Notes: a model not told the origin generated them from the letters alone. 55,837 nt of DNA, filler included, from Jimgerdemannia flammicorona (GCA_003990765.1; 3 parts of 3 records of this genome joined end to end with filler, not necessarily neighbours in it), one strand, 5' to 3'; positions 24,290 to 38,389 are shown, counted from the whole stretch's first letter. A program made the numbers and translations.

Positions 24290-27200
24290 TTTATGATACT
24301 TCTTGAGTCGGTTTCAGTAAATGGTAGTGGGGATGATGGTGCCTGAGAGTTTCCATAACTAAAAGGTAGTTCCTTTTATATCTTGCACAAGGTAAGGTCC
24401 TTTCCACTTAGGCTCCAGTTTTCATGACCATGAAGCTTCTACTATGTTCTGATATACTAGGACTTTGTCTCTTATCTTGATAATCTCTAGTGGCTTGTGA
24501 ATTTTTTCTGCATTATTCTGTTATAGTGTCTGCACCTTATTTATGTAATCTTTAGTCTTCTTTCTAATTTTGTATTGTTTTCATATCTCTGCATTCATAT
24601 GCTTCCATATAGTATCTCCATTAGATGATAGGGTTCCTTGGGAACTTTCTTCTCCAAATAGCATTTCTTGAGGGGTAAAGTGGGTGCTTTGTGATTGGAT
24701 ATCTCGGAGAGCAGATAATGTCATTGACAGATAGTGATCTCAGTTTTTGTAGTTATCACAGATCTTGACAATAACATTCTTAAGAGTCTTGTTGGTCCTT
24801 TCCATCTGTCTATTTCCTTGAGGGTGATAAGCTGTAGTCCGAATATGCTGAATCTTGTACTTCTTGTAGAGAACCTCAAAGAACTGGTTCACGAATTCTG
24901 TCTCTCTGTCTGTGGTTACTTACATTGGGGTCTTGAATCAGCAGATAATTTCTTTGTAGAAGAAATCAGCAATTGACTGTGCATTGGCTTCCTTGAGGGG
25001 TCCTGCCTCTATCTATTTGTGAAGAGGTCTACAATGATGATGAAGTATTGGTTACCAGTCAGGGTCAACTATAGAGGACTGATTACATCTATTGCAATGT
25101 GGGCAAATGGTGCTGGTTCTATATATGATGATTCTGGGGCTTGATTTTGTTAGTCTTGTTTCTGTTTCTGGCATTTGTCACATATCTTGACAAATTGTCT
25201 AATATCTTCCTCCATTCCTGGCCACTGCATTGTTCTTCTTGCTTTATTGTATATATTGGTTCCTCCTAGATGGCCAAGTTCATGTACTGATTGCATTGCT
25301 TGCTCCTTCTTGTATTCTGATATAACTAGTAGTTTTCCTTTCTTTAGTATTTCTCCATCAGTCTCAAATTGTTTCTATGTTCTATATTGATGATCATTTG
25401 TGTCCATTCTTCTAGATATTATAGCATCTTTCACTATCCCAGATATGTGATGATTCTATAGTAGAGTTCTTTATTCATGATTAATTTGCTGTTTGGGAGT
25501 CCTTCAGAGTGTCCATGAGAGGGCATCTGTATTGACATTAGTTCTTCCTGGGCAGTGCATGATTATTATATCATATACTTGTAACTTCATAATCCATCTG
25601 ATATAGATTTCTTTGGGTTGCCCAGTGGTCAGTAGCCAAGTGAGGGCTGAGTGGTCCATCTGGATGATAAAGTATCTTCCAGCAAGATAGTAGTAGAACT
25701 TTTCTACAGCCCAGATGACTACGAGATACTCCAACTTGTATAATTGATATTCTTTTTCAGCTCCTCAGGTTCCATGGCTGAGGTATGTAATGATATACTC
25801 TACTTTGTCCTTCTTTTGAACTAAGACTGCTCCTAGTCCTTGTGCACTTACATCTGTCTAAAGGATGAATTCTTGGGTCCAGTCTGGTCTTCTAAGGATG
25901 GGTGCCTGAGTCAGTCTGACCTTGAGCTCATCAAATGCTTATTGTTGCCTACCTGTCGATTGGAATTAGATGTCCTTTTTAGATTGGGCTTGTGATGTTG
26001 GAAAATCCCCTAATAAATCTGTGATAGTAGGAGGCAAGTCCCATGAAGGCTTGGACTTCAGTAATGGTAGTGGGTCTTGGGTATCCTGCTATTGCTTATA
26101 TCTTGAGGGGGTCCATATATATTTCATCTTGGTTGATAACATGACCCAGCTAGGAGATCTCAATTTCTGCAAACTTGTATTTCTTGGGCTTGATGTAAAG
26201 ACTATGTTCTCTCAGTTTCTCTATTATCTGCTGGATGTGCTGCAGATGTTCTTTGGCTGTCTTGCTGTAGATAATTACATCATCTATATAAACCATCATC
26301 TATCTTCTTATATCATAGTGGAAGATTTTGTTCATTATTCGCTAGAAGCTTGCTGGTGCATTGCACATTCTGAATGGCATTTGTAGGTAGATGTAGGTTC
26401 TGTCAGGGGTTTTGAAGGCTGACATTTCACTTACTGCTTTAGTGAGACCAATTTGATAGAATTCGGAGTATAAGTCCAAGGTACTGTAATACTGTACTTT
26501 ATCTCCTAGGGTTACAAGGATGTCACTGATAAGGGGCAGTGGTTGGTGATCCTTTTTATTGGCCAGATTGAGTTTTCTGTAATCGGTGCAGAGTCTTGGA
26601 GCGAATTCTCCTGGCTTGCTTCCTTTCTTTCAGGCTAGTATAACTGGTGAAGCCCAAGGGCTGCTGGCTTCTTTGATGATACCAGCTTCCTCCATCTGCT
26701 TGATTTCTTCTCTAAGCTATTCATGGTAGGCTAGTAGGAGGGGTCTTGCTTTCTAATAAATTGGTTCAGTGTCTCCTGTATCTACATCATAGTAGTAGTG
26801 TGGGGTCTTTTTTTTGATGTTCCTGAAATCTGTAGCAAGGACATTCTTGAATTCATAGAGTATCTTCTCAAGTTTCATTTTGAGTGGAAACTCATTTCCT
26901 ATGGTATAGCTATGCTTGTTTGTGGTTTCTTCCTTCTTGTGGTCCAGTTTGGTGATCTTGGTACTGGCAAATGCTCCTCTTCCTGTGGATCCAAATCCTT
27001 TTCTTCCTTTTTCTGTTTTATCCAGCTTCTTGACTTCCATGATCCTTAGCTGAAGAACTGGGAGGATCAACATCTGTGCTAGTCAGTCCTTCTTCTTGAA
27101 TGGAAATGGAATCATAGGATTGTGGTTTCTAGCAATAAGTAGTATTTCTCCAATATAATCGGAATCAATGACTCCTCCTTCAATTGTGATTTTGCTCCTA

Positions 27201-28213
27201 GCCTGGCTGCTTCTTGTCTTGAGGATTCTGACATGGTCTTTCAGAATGGTCATTTCCAGACCAGTTGCAAGTAGGGTGATTGTCTGGAATTCCAGTACAG
27301 TTTTCTCTACTGTGGTGATATTCATTCCGGCAGCATTTTCTGACTTGTATTCTGATAAGACTGCATTAGGGTAAATCTTCCAAATCTTGATCTTGATTTC
27401 CTCTTCATCATCACTGTCTTTGAGCAGAGCTGGTGGTTCATCATCCTCTTTCTCCCTTTTCTTTTCTTCTCTTACTTGTTTCTCAATGGCCTTCTCTCTT
27501 CTTTGATGGTAGGTTTTCTTGATTTTATCAGGACACTGGTAACACTCATTGATATACTCCATACAGTACATTCGGATCCCATGGGGGCAGACTCCTTGTG
27601 GTGCATATTCTTCTGTGATCTTCTTGCACCATTCTTCTTCACTCATCCATCCAACTTTCTTCTTTTTCTGAGTGGTCACCATGTAGGCTTCCTCTTATTC
27701 ACTCTCTTATTCCTCTATGTCAGACAGGACTCTCTTGTTGACATTGATAGGAATTCATATCTTCTGTCCTCTATAGATGATATGTATCTTCTGCACATTG
27801 AGGTCGATTATTGCTCTGGTTTTATGAAGCCATTGATTGCCAATGAGGATGTCATAGTTGGTTACATTGGTTACAATTACATCTACTGAGATGGTTGCTC
27901 CTCCAAACTTGATGGGAATATCTTTAATCTTTCCCAGAGGTGTGGCTCTTGTACCATCTGCTGTGATGAATACCAATTTGGTTGCTTCTTCAACCTCCCA
28001 ATCTAGATGGTCTACTGCATTTTTGCTGAGGAGGTATCCTCCTGCCCCAGTATCGATGATGGCTTCAAAGATTCTGTCTTCAATTTGGCAGATTGTATAG
28101 ACAAAAGTCTTGCAGTTGTCTTCACTTTCTTCTCCTGAGTCCTCTTGAATATTGTTGGCCTCAGTTATCTTCCATCCTTGTTCCTTAGTTGTTTTGGCAA
28201 GTCCAAACCTCAT
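24290..28213 (-). pseudogene. pol: G2 pol: aspartic protease, dUTPase, RT, RNase H, integrase
   Basis: IIDTGA (~28050), MVYIDDV (~26285), DHSALTWL and NTDAL (RNase H), KLEPKWKGPY (~24400). Confidence 0.92.
26980..27400 (-). pseudogene. dut: dUTPase domain within G2 pol
   Basis: All five dUTPase motif remnants: NAAGMNI, TRSS, GVIDSDYIGEI, D*LAQ (TGA where Arg is expected), RKGFGSTG. Confidence 0.9.
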
Positions 28214-28249
28214 TTGCTGTCTGAATGTTAGGATTTCTGCTAGCTGGCC

Positions 28250-29457
28250 AAAGGTTGCATTGACCTTTTATTGACTGAGATCCTTGAAGATATCATACTT
28301 GAAGGTCTTGGTTTTGCAAAGCTTCTTTTTCTTTTCTCCTTCACTAGCTGGAGTGGTTCCTCAGATGATATCTTGAACTGCTTGTTCCAGCTCTATATCT
28401 TGATCCATTTCTTCAGCTTGACTTTCTGTAGTGGTTTCTATCTGCTTTTCCACCAGGTTCTTCTTAGGTCTTCCTGGCAGTCTCTTGTACAGTTCTTTGC
28501 AGACATCTTTCTTAATAGTCTGGGCAGGATACACCTCTCATTCCTCTTCATCAGAGTCTCTAATTTCCTTAAATGTGATGATATTGGCCTGTTCCTTATT
28601 TCTAGTAGCATTGCTTGGCTGGGCCTTGTACTTGGTTTTGCTCATGTATTCATATGAGTAGTGGTCTTCCTCTCCATAGCTGTAGCAGGTACCTTTCTTC
28701 TTGTCTGTAGTAGTGGCAAACTTCTGAATTGGGTGGTGATCTCTTCCTCTGATTTCTTTTACTATATCTCCTAGGTGAGCAGTCATTTCAGCAAACTGCT
28801 TGGTGAGCTCCTCTATAGGGTTACTGTTTCTCTGCTGCTCTGTAGCTCTTGGCTGAGGTGTGTTTCGACTGATCATTGTGGTAGAGATTAACTAGTTGCC
28901 TTGGGTGCTTTGATTCCAACTCCAGTAACTCTTTCCATTATATGGTCTTGTGGGTGTCTGGCTATCTAATATTGCTGAGCATAGGTGATCTTCTGTGGCA
29001 GATCCAAGACTACTGGTGATAAGCGGATGGCCATAGTTATCTCTGGATGGACTCCTTTCATAAAGGTTGCTTTGGCTACTTGATCTCAGATAGCATCAGC
29101 ATAATCTGCAAGGATTATCTGATATTGGATTCTAGTATAGAATGTGTTTGGGTCCTCACTCATTCCTTGGTATATTATATTGAGCTGATCCTTCAGGGCT
29201 TGCTTGATCTCATTTATGTAATATGTATTTTGGAGCCAGGTCTTCTGTTCTATCAGTATAGCATTGGCATCATTTCCTGCATAAGTTGCAGCTGTGAATG
29301 CTGCTCTAGCAGGACCTCATAGGCTGAAGAGTATGAGAACTACTTGCTGTGCTGCCATCAGTGTCCTTACAGTGGCATACTGCTTAAAGTTATCAATGAA
29401 AGTGATGATTGATTTGTCTGAGGTATATCTATGGAATACTGGTAGTCTCATATCCAT
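28250..29457 (-). pseudogene. gag: G2 gag with decayed zinc knuckle
   Basis: Lies between PBS and protease; CYSYGEEDHYSYEY fits decayed CX2CX4HX4C spacing. Confidence 0.75.
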
Positions 29458-29571
29458 TTTGTCTAAGTATCTTGACTCAGTTTGTGTGGTTGTTTGAGTG
29501 GTGGCAGTTATTCATTATTCAGCTTAAAAGTGAGGGATTCATCTTGAATCACTAGCCAATGGGCACCAAGT

Positions 29572-30011
29572 TGTAATGTAGCAGATGCTTAACCTTGGAA
29601 GTATATCAGATTTCTGTATCTTGAAAACTTGATCTTCTTTGACTCTGCAGAGTCCTTGGATGCAGGGGTGGGTAAGTTCGAAGTGTATCTGCCTACAGGC
29701 TTACTAGTTCCTTACTTTCTCTTTGTTTTGAACTATTTTGATCTGAGGTTTATTCACTCTAAGATACTAGGTTATTTATACAAGTTTGCTAGCTATAAGG
29801 TGGCTAAGTAATGAGTCATTTTGCAAGTATTAGATCTTTTAACATCTGCTAGGATTCCACTGATTGCCAACTGCAAACATTAAAGTTTATGCACTTTGCA
29901 GAATATGACTGCTATTTGTGTGGCTATACTATATTGGGAATTGGGTTCAGATACTGTGATCAAATGTCTAATTCTCCTGATTCATATTACTAATTTAGAT
30001 CAACTGTCATA
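29572..30011 (-). repeat. G2 5' LTR
   Basis: Repeat of 23330-23791, about 22 bp shorter; followed by a TGG-starting PBS-like sequence. Confidence 0.92.
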
Positions 30012-30029
30012 CTATATTATATTTGAAAA

Positions 30030-33000
30030 TTAGTTGAAGTTATATAGGTTATATAGTTTACACTTTACTAATAAATGATATAAATCTGATAGTATGATAT
30101 AAGGTCATGTACTGATATATCAAGTTGTCATTCCAATACTCTTGCTCAATGAGATATGTAACTAAAAAAAAAATACTATATATATATAAAAAAAAATGTA
30201 AACTAAAATAAAAGTAATATATAATACATACAAAACTAAAACTGTATATAACCCAATTTACTATATAAAATCCTATATTCAAAGAATTTTCACAGCTCAA
30301 AAAGTATTCTGAAATATACCTATAGGTGAAAAATATAATATATATAATTCTCTTATAGATGAGAAATATAACCAATATATATATAGTGTGAGAGACTTTT
30401 AATTGCCTAAAAAATATCTTGTGAACAATCACTAGGAAGATCCATTCCTTTAATACATTGTTTAAACTTTAGCTTTAGAAGGACTTTAGTAAATAAGTCT
30501 GTAATCATATACTCTATAGAGATGTATTCCAAGCATATAGTACTATTTCCTATATATTTCTATATAAAATTATACTATATATCAATATGTTTCATTCTAC
30601 TATGATGTACCAGATTTTTAGCAAGTGCTATTATGGATTAGTTGTCTTACCTGATTAGTATAGAGTTCTCCTGAGTAAAGCTGAGCTTCTTTAATAGTTT
30701 ACAGAGCTAAATGACTTTCTTTATTACCAATAACAATACCTAGTACTCCATCTGTATTGATGATATTATTATGGATGATTGCTTATATATTTGCTATGAG
30801 ATAACTCTTTTGTTATTTTTGCTAATATGAAAGAGATATCTGATCATAGACTGGTAGTTATTGAAGTCTCTGGTCTAATTGGCATCATATGTGCCAGATA
30901 GCTAGATACTATTGCTCTTGCCATTACTCTCACTCAATTCAATATTACTATCCAATGTGGGTATATGGTATACTGATTCCTTTAAATATCTGAAAATTCT
31001 CTTAATTGCTAACCAGTGTGAGTTGTCATAGTATGAGCAATACTGCACTACTTTATTAACAGTATAGAATATATCAAACCTCATTCTAACTATAAGATAT
31101 ATGAGGAAACTGACCACTTATTGATAGGAAATATTTTTGATAGGTATATTGTTATTATTATCCTTAAGTATAGTGTTTGACTTTCTTAACTTCATAGAAG
31201 TATCTATAGGAGAGCTAATAGGTTTGTATTCACTTATATTAAAACATTCAAGAAAGGCTTTAACATAAGTTTCTTGCAGAAGGTATATTGTATATATTTC
31301 TATTATATATATATCATTGATATCTCCAAAAGAAAGAATGTATTACCCATGTCAGTCATCTTAAATTCTCAGCATAGGTCTTCTTTAACTCCATTAAGCC
31401 TATTCTTACTAGTAATAATAATAATATCATCAACCTATATGCTAATGAATACTATATCATTATCATAATACTAGATATATATATAATTATCTACTTCACA
31501 ATATATGAATCCATTATCAAGGAGATATTTATCAATCCTTTTGTTCCATAGCTATACTGCTTACTTGATATTATATAGTTCCTTATATAATTTATATATA
31601 AGCTCACTATTTTCATATCCTTATGGTTGACAGATATATAGTTTAGTGTCTACATCACTATTCAAGAATGCTGTCTTTATATCCATTTGATAGATTTTGA
31701 GATCATATACTATACTGATTATAAGAAGTATTCTAAGTAAAATAAGCTTAAATATAGGTGAAAATATTTCATCATAGTCTAAACTATAATTCTGTAAATA
31801 ATCCTTGGTAATAAAGTGAGCTTTATATCACTCTATATTATTATTGGCATTATATTTTATCCAATATACCCACTTGGATCTGTTTGCTTAACAGTTTGAT
31901 GGAAGAGGTATGAGATCTTATACTATTTTCAATAAATGAATCTTATTCTTCATCTATTATATATTGCCATTTTCTTTTATTGGGGTATTATATAGCCTCA
32001 TCATATGTGCTTAACTCATTAGAAGATATTGTAATATATATATTTATGCTTCAGTGTAGCTTATATGGTCTTGATATTGCTACTATCTTGAGCTTACTAG
32101 TATGTCCCAATAACTTTCTAATTCTGAATATATCTTATTTCTGAACTTATGTTTTGGCTTTTACTTATTCTTGCTCTTGATAGAAGATCTCTTATCATTA
32201 GATTTACTATCATCTTCATCTTAGATCTTAGTGATCCTTGGCTCAGGCAACTCTGACTTAGGAATATATATATAATAGTTGATAATAATTTTAATTCACT
32301 GCTGGAATCATCAGAGATGTTGTGACACTAGTTGTTGTACTAGCTGAGATATAAAGACAGATATAGATATAGATATAGATATCCTGATAGGTATATCTAT
32401 ATAAAATTCCTGATCTCTTTTTTCTCAAAACTATACATTATGTAAAATCACCATATATCTCATATATAGATTTCAAAGCCTATACAATTTCTCATTATAT
32501 TCTAAGAGTATATACTTGACCACCTTTGGCTTGAATTTGTATCTATTGGTGCTCTTGTCAAGAATGTATATCTTGCAATCAAAGATCTGTAGATGTGATA
32601 CATCTGGCTTCATTCTACTCCACAATTCCTCAGGGATATGATTAGCATCCCTGGAGTGTTTGTCATTGCCAGACTTCTTACTTAACAATTGAAATATATA
32701 CTGATTGCAGATGTATACCACTATGTTGATAATTTTAGCCCAATAGGAATATTCTAGTCTAGTTATATTAATTATTATATACACTATTTCTATGGCCATA
32801 CAGTTAAATTGCACAGCCATGCCAGTTTGCTGAGATGTATAAGGAGCTGTCATCTGATGGCTTATGCTATATTTTATCAAGAATTGCCTATATATATTAT
32901 TGATATATTTATATTTATTATCTGAGTATATAGTATATATTCTATATATATCTTATTTCATTCTTAGTGGTTGCTTTAAATACTTTGAATTTTCCCAAGA

Positions 33001-35159
33001 CTTTACTCTTTGCTAAGAGAAAATATACATATATCTTACATATATGATCATAGATAAAAGTTAGAAAATATCTCTTATCAGAGTATGATGAAATATATAT
33101 TGGACTATATATATTAGTATGGATGAGATCAAGGATCTCTAAGGTACACTTTAATCATTCTTTGAATACTTGCTGGGAAGCTTTATTTTTTATATATATC
33201 TTATAAAAGTTATTCTCCAGATATATATATATTAGTAATCCACTCACTGAGTCACTTCTTATTATATGTTTGAGGCTCATCTTACTGATATATCCTAAGC
33301 ATTGATATCACATATTGGATATATCAGACATAGTTGTCATATATGTAGAGGCTTTTATGCTATTTGATATTCTATTGATTATATAAAGATTGCCTCACTT
33401 TGAGGCTATCATCAATGTCTTGTTGTAATTATTGCTATATAGACTATATATATATAGTAATATCTTTCAGATATATATATATCTCCTTATTACTATAAGC
33501 CATTATCTTGTCTATAGAGAAGAGGTTCTTTTCTATCTCTGAAGTATACAATATATTCCTAAGAGTAGTAGTAGACTTGATAATATTTCCATAGAGATGT
33601 ATCCTCATATTTGTCTTTTTTTAAGTATAGATAATATTATTATCTCTGAGTTTGATAAATATGAAGTGTTCAAAAGACATATGTAGAGTACTATTTTCTA
33701 TATACTGTCATTTATTAAGTGGGTCTAGAATCCATTAGTCAGACATTATTGTTGTTGACTGTGTTGGTAGTGTATTTATTGGATGTATACTTGGAGAATA
33801 TATAATAATTAGTAATATTGATATCACTACTTTTCATTGGTCCAAAAGTGTTTTGTTGACTGGGATTTATAGATAACAAGTTGGTGGATTTGACAGTAGA
33901 TCTTGCACTGGGAGAACTGATGCAGGAGCTGGTAGCTTGTGCAAAAAATAGATTACTACTTTTATCAGTTTCAGCAGTATTTACATTGCTATATATCTCT
34001 CAATCATTCTTTCCACTGTTCTCATATTATCAATACTGGTCTTTTCTATACTCATTTTCACTACTCTTCTTGTCATTTTCCCAACTATAGCAATATTACT
34101 TCCTGTAGTCATACTTACTGCAGTATTCACAGTAACCATCATTCTTAATTAACTAGCTAGACTGGTTATCACATTATTGAGCTTGGGTTTAGATTTGTCC
34201 TCTTTGGTCTTATTGTCCATACTTCTCTTGTTTGGCACTGTATTCATGGGACCTATAGAAGACATTTTTATCATTATTGATACTGTTTCCTTAGTATATT
34301 TTCTTGTTTATGAGACTTATTATTATGTGGGTATAATCCAAAAGTCTTCTGCTCTTGTGTATGGCTGCCACTATGACATTATATGTATCCAGAAGTCCTC
34401 TTATGAGTGTTATAACCTTATCTTCATTCCCAATGCAATCTGCAGATATGCTGAGAGAATATACTTAATTCAACAGATTATTATATGACTGGCATATTTG
34501 CAGATACTCTCCTTAGGCTTAATTCAAAGATTAAATAGCTGAAATTTTAAGTGAAACTGATTTGATGCAAATGCTTATCATGATGATTGCATAGGGCTTT
34601 TTACATCTTATAAGCTATTATAATATATATTATAAGCTTCATTTGAGAATTCAATAATATGAATATAATCTAATATAATGCTCAATAATTATTTGCAGTA
34701 TTATAATCTTGAATTAGTACTTGTGGCTTTGTATACTTTACCAAGCTGTATTTATCAAGAGATTTATTATATAAAATATCCAAATAGTATAATCTTTCCC
34801 ATTAAAGATCAGAATAGACCTCTTGGCTATATTTATGCTAATAACTAGGATTATATTTCCCATACTTATTGAGGTAGTTATACTTATGGTTGGTAGAACA
34901 CTTGTGATTGGCATATCTATTTCTATGCTCATATTGCTAGACTGATTATTAGACATTTCTAGCATAGTGTATTTCAAAGAGATGTTTGTATTTTCTATAG
35001 TTACTTAGTACTAGTAGGGCTTATAACCTTTGTTGTAAAGAGAGGAGAATTTTATTAAAGTTGTGTAGGTCAGGTATTTTACACTTTACTGATAAATAAT
35101 GTAAATCTGATAGTATGGTATAAGGTTATATATTGATATATCAAGTTGTCATCTCAATA
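30030..35159 (-). mobile_element. Ty1/Copia element, full span, heavily decayed
   Basis: Short LTRs (35031-35159, ~30030-30138); integrase TAPYTSQQTGMA upstream of RT (*VDDII ~31430) and RNase H end (ITDLFTK ~30490); PPT GAGCAAGAG. Confidence 0.9.
35017..35028 (-). promoter_or_regulatory. Copia primer-binding site of the half-tRNA-iMet type
   Basis: GGTTATAAGCCC two nt after the LTR end, one transition from GGTTATGAGCCC of Ty5/copia-type elements. Confidence 0.75.
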
Positions 35160-36029
35160 TTATAAATAAATTTGAAAGAATTCATTAAGAGATCTTTAAT
35201 TACCAGTAAGATCTTGCTTATTCAGCTACTCTATCATCATTAGTACCATTACTAATTATACTATATGAAATAAAGAGATCAAAGATATTATTCAGAATAA
35301 GGTTATTACTAAGAAAGTTATCAAGAATGTTAAGTAATATAAAACTAAAAAGTATGGTCTTTTCAGAATTATCAAGGATACTGCTATAACTATTAGAGAT
35401 CTAGTTATTATAAAGTTAGTACTCTAATTAAGAATTATAATATTGGCTTTGGTCATATAGCTACTATTGGCTCTAGTATCATCAATAGTATTATTAGTAC
35501 TAATAATCTTACTATGAATAGTATTGTTGGCACCAGTAAGCTAATCAATATAGAGTATATAATATTCTCATCAATATTCTTCTACTGTTAATCCTGCTAA
35601 GGATTGTATCAAGATTATGGACTTTGCTGACAATATCACTATAACTCAGATAATTAATAGTAATGACTATTTTTTACTTTAGATTGATTAATCCAGCTCT
35701 GTCAAGAAGATGATAAGAATATATAAAATAGAAAGTCATATCAACTCAGACAATGAATGTTGATAACAATCTCCTATTTCAGGCTATAAAATATACCTCT
35801 GAGGAGAAGACTATTAAATGAAAAAGAAAATGGTGAAAATAAGTAAGTTTAGATCAAATTTAATTTGTTTTTATATATTTTTAAGAATCTATATAGTTTG
35901 TATAGTCTAAATGTTAAATAGAATATAGATTAGTTAATTATCATATTTAAAGTCAAAGATATATAAATAAATAAATAGAGGATTTGTTATTATCAGTTTT
36001 TAGAAATAGTTTCCAATAGATAAAAAAAG

Positions 36030-37197
36030 GCTATATCTTTTTCTCTAGTATTATATCAGTTACAAGATATAAATAAGTAACTATATATCTAAGTCTCCTT
36101 TCTTCTAACTTTATAATCTCTCCCTCAGTATAGTTTACTGTACCTATATAGATATAGTAGAAAAAAGGCAATAGTAATGATATGCCCTTTTATTAGTATC
36201 AGATTAGTACTTTCTCTACTTTTTTATAGTTTTTAGTATCTTCAGCTATATCTAGAGTATATCTAATTTGATGTAATATCTTCTTCTCTTTACTATTATT
36301 AAAAAGATATCATTTTGATATATTATGAATAATATATAGAGTCAGCTGATCTTGGGTATTAAGTATCAGTATAGGTTATTTATAGTTTATTAGTATCTAT
36401 AGTAGAGCTCTCTGAGATTTGGTGAGCTTTCCAGTGAGTACAATTTTGGTATAAGTAATTACTTTTCAGAAGAAATCAGAATGGAAAGAGAGATGACCTT
36501 TATAGATAAAAGGAAGGATAATTACAAGAAACTAGTAAAGTATCAGGCTGGGGGCAGTTATCTGGGCTGGAGCAAATATGTACTATATCAGTAGAGCCTT
36601 CTAATTGATACTAGATAGTTAGATAGTAGGTAGCTCTCAGTGATATATAAGTTTAGACTCTAGTTATTGGAAGTTGTTGGAGGGTCCAAGACTATCCAGA
36701 TTAGACATCTTAGTTATACTCAATCAGAACTAAGAGTTGATATAATAATATGATCAAAGTATATAGACTTGAGTAATAGAGTATTAGAGGTCTCCTTCTA
36801 TCTCAAATATAAGTCTTCTACTTATCTTATTAGAGAGAACCAGACTCTGCCCACTACTTGATATCTTTTGGAGAATTTTTCTTTACCTATTACTCTACTT
36901 GAAGTAGTAGAGACAATGCAAATTAACTTAAGTATAGCCTTATATATATGTTAGAGCTTTAGATGTATATCTTTAATTGGGAGTATATAGTCATTTCTCT
37001 CTAAAGTAGGAAGTGTATAGTATATAGAATGAGGTATAGGCTAACATAAGTCCTACTGTATCTAGTATAATTGAGCTGCTAAACAATAGCTAGCCTAGAT
37101 TTATAGAGATATAGTATATGAGAGAGAGTTTTGGCCTATATAGTCTAGATTCTTTTCTAATAAAAAGATATAGAGAGAATATTCCCATTATAAAAAA
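36030..37197 (+). mobile_element. Poly(A) retroposon family B, copy 2 (older)
   Basis: Colinear with 19314-20499 along its length (e.g. CAATAGCTAGCCTAG, GGCTGGGGGC), ends AATAAA...CCATTATAAAAAA. Confidence 0.8.
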
Positions 37198-37297
37198 NNN
37201 NNNNNNNNNNNNNNNNNNNNNNNNNNNNNNNNNNNNNNNNNTTAATTAATTAANNNNNNNNNNNNNNNNNNNNNNNNNNNNNNNNNNNNNNNNNNNN
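37198..37297. other. Artificial contig spacer
   Basis: Identical N44-TTAATTAATTAA-N44. Confidence 0.97.
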
Positions 37298-37500
37298 GGT
37301 CACTTCTTTCTTCTGATTCGGTTTTCTGGCTACTGGTGTTGAATAGGGTCCTGGCTACTGTTCTGACAAGGGTGTGGGCTTTCTTTTCTGCTGAGGAGGG
37401 CTGTTGCTGCCCCTGGTTTGGTTGCTGACTTGGTCCTGCTAAGTTCTCTACTGTAGATAGCTGGGTTCTTGAGCCAAATGGTCAAGTCTTTTGAAAACTT

Positions 37501-37517
37501 TCCCAGTTAAGCCCCCA
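37501..37517 (-). promoter_or_regulatory. tRNA-Pro-type primer-binding site
   Basis: TGGGGGCTTAACTGGGA resembles the tRNA-Pro PBS TGGGGGCTCGTCCGGGAT. Confidence 0.65.
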
Positions 37518-38389
37518 AAATGTGGCATCAGTTATGTATAATGAACTTCAACTGCATGGCTCAAAGTGCCACTGGTGAAGTGCGCGATGGATAACTGAGT
37601 ACATTCGTGACAGTTATGGGTCGATGATCACATGACGGATTATTCAATTCATGCAGTAATTGATAATGGGGAGGTCGTTTGGTTGTTCAATGGCTCAGGA
37701 CGTCGATGGCTCAATTGTTTAGTGGAAAAAGGTATTGTTGCTAACAGAGGGTAGTTATTATGCTGGCTAAGTTTCCTGGTGGCGATTAACTTGTCGGCAA
37801 ACTCGGCGACAACAGGCTTGCTCTTTATGCGGTCAATTAAAGTGGTCCATAGCGCAGTAGCTAGGAAAAATGGAGGTTGATGGCTTACTCATCCATCTTA
37901 ACTTGTTAGGTTCCTGGCAGTTGTTCGGGTCTTTGGCAGCAGGTCGGCCTTTGGTGGTCTAGTATCCTTTGGCTAGGTATCCTTGGGTTTCTGGGTCTTG
38001 AATCTCGAATGGCGGTCTCGAATACACGGTCCAAATGGCGGTCTGGTCTTGAATCCTTGGCTGGGTCTCGGGTCTTGAATGGCAGCAGTTGGGTAACATT
38101 TTCTTTCCATGGCAAGAGAAAATTCTTTAACTCAAACCTCGAGCAATCATTGCTCTAGTTATCTTGTTCTCAGAATTTATCCGGTCTCTTAGAGGCAGTG
38201 TGTTTTCTCTGTAAAACTATCTGGCTGAGGCTTTATTCACTCTAAGAATATGGGTTATTTATACAAGTTTGCTAGCTATGGGAGAGGGGGCGTGACTAAG
38301 GCTAAAGTATACTACATTGTGGCGAACTTATGCTATTGGTTTGCACGATGCGAGGTGCAGGCTATTGTTTACTACAGATTGGGTTGTAG

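Larger units (their letters stand above)
23330..30011 (-). mobile_element. Full-length Ty3/Gypsy element (family G2): LTR-gag-PR-dUTPase-RT-RH-IN-ORF3-LTR
   Basis: Paired LTRs, 4-bp TSD CTAT (23326-23329 / 30012-30015), PBS-like TGGTGCCCATTGG, PPT AGAAGGAAGT, all pol motifs in Gypsy order. Confidence 0.95.
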
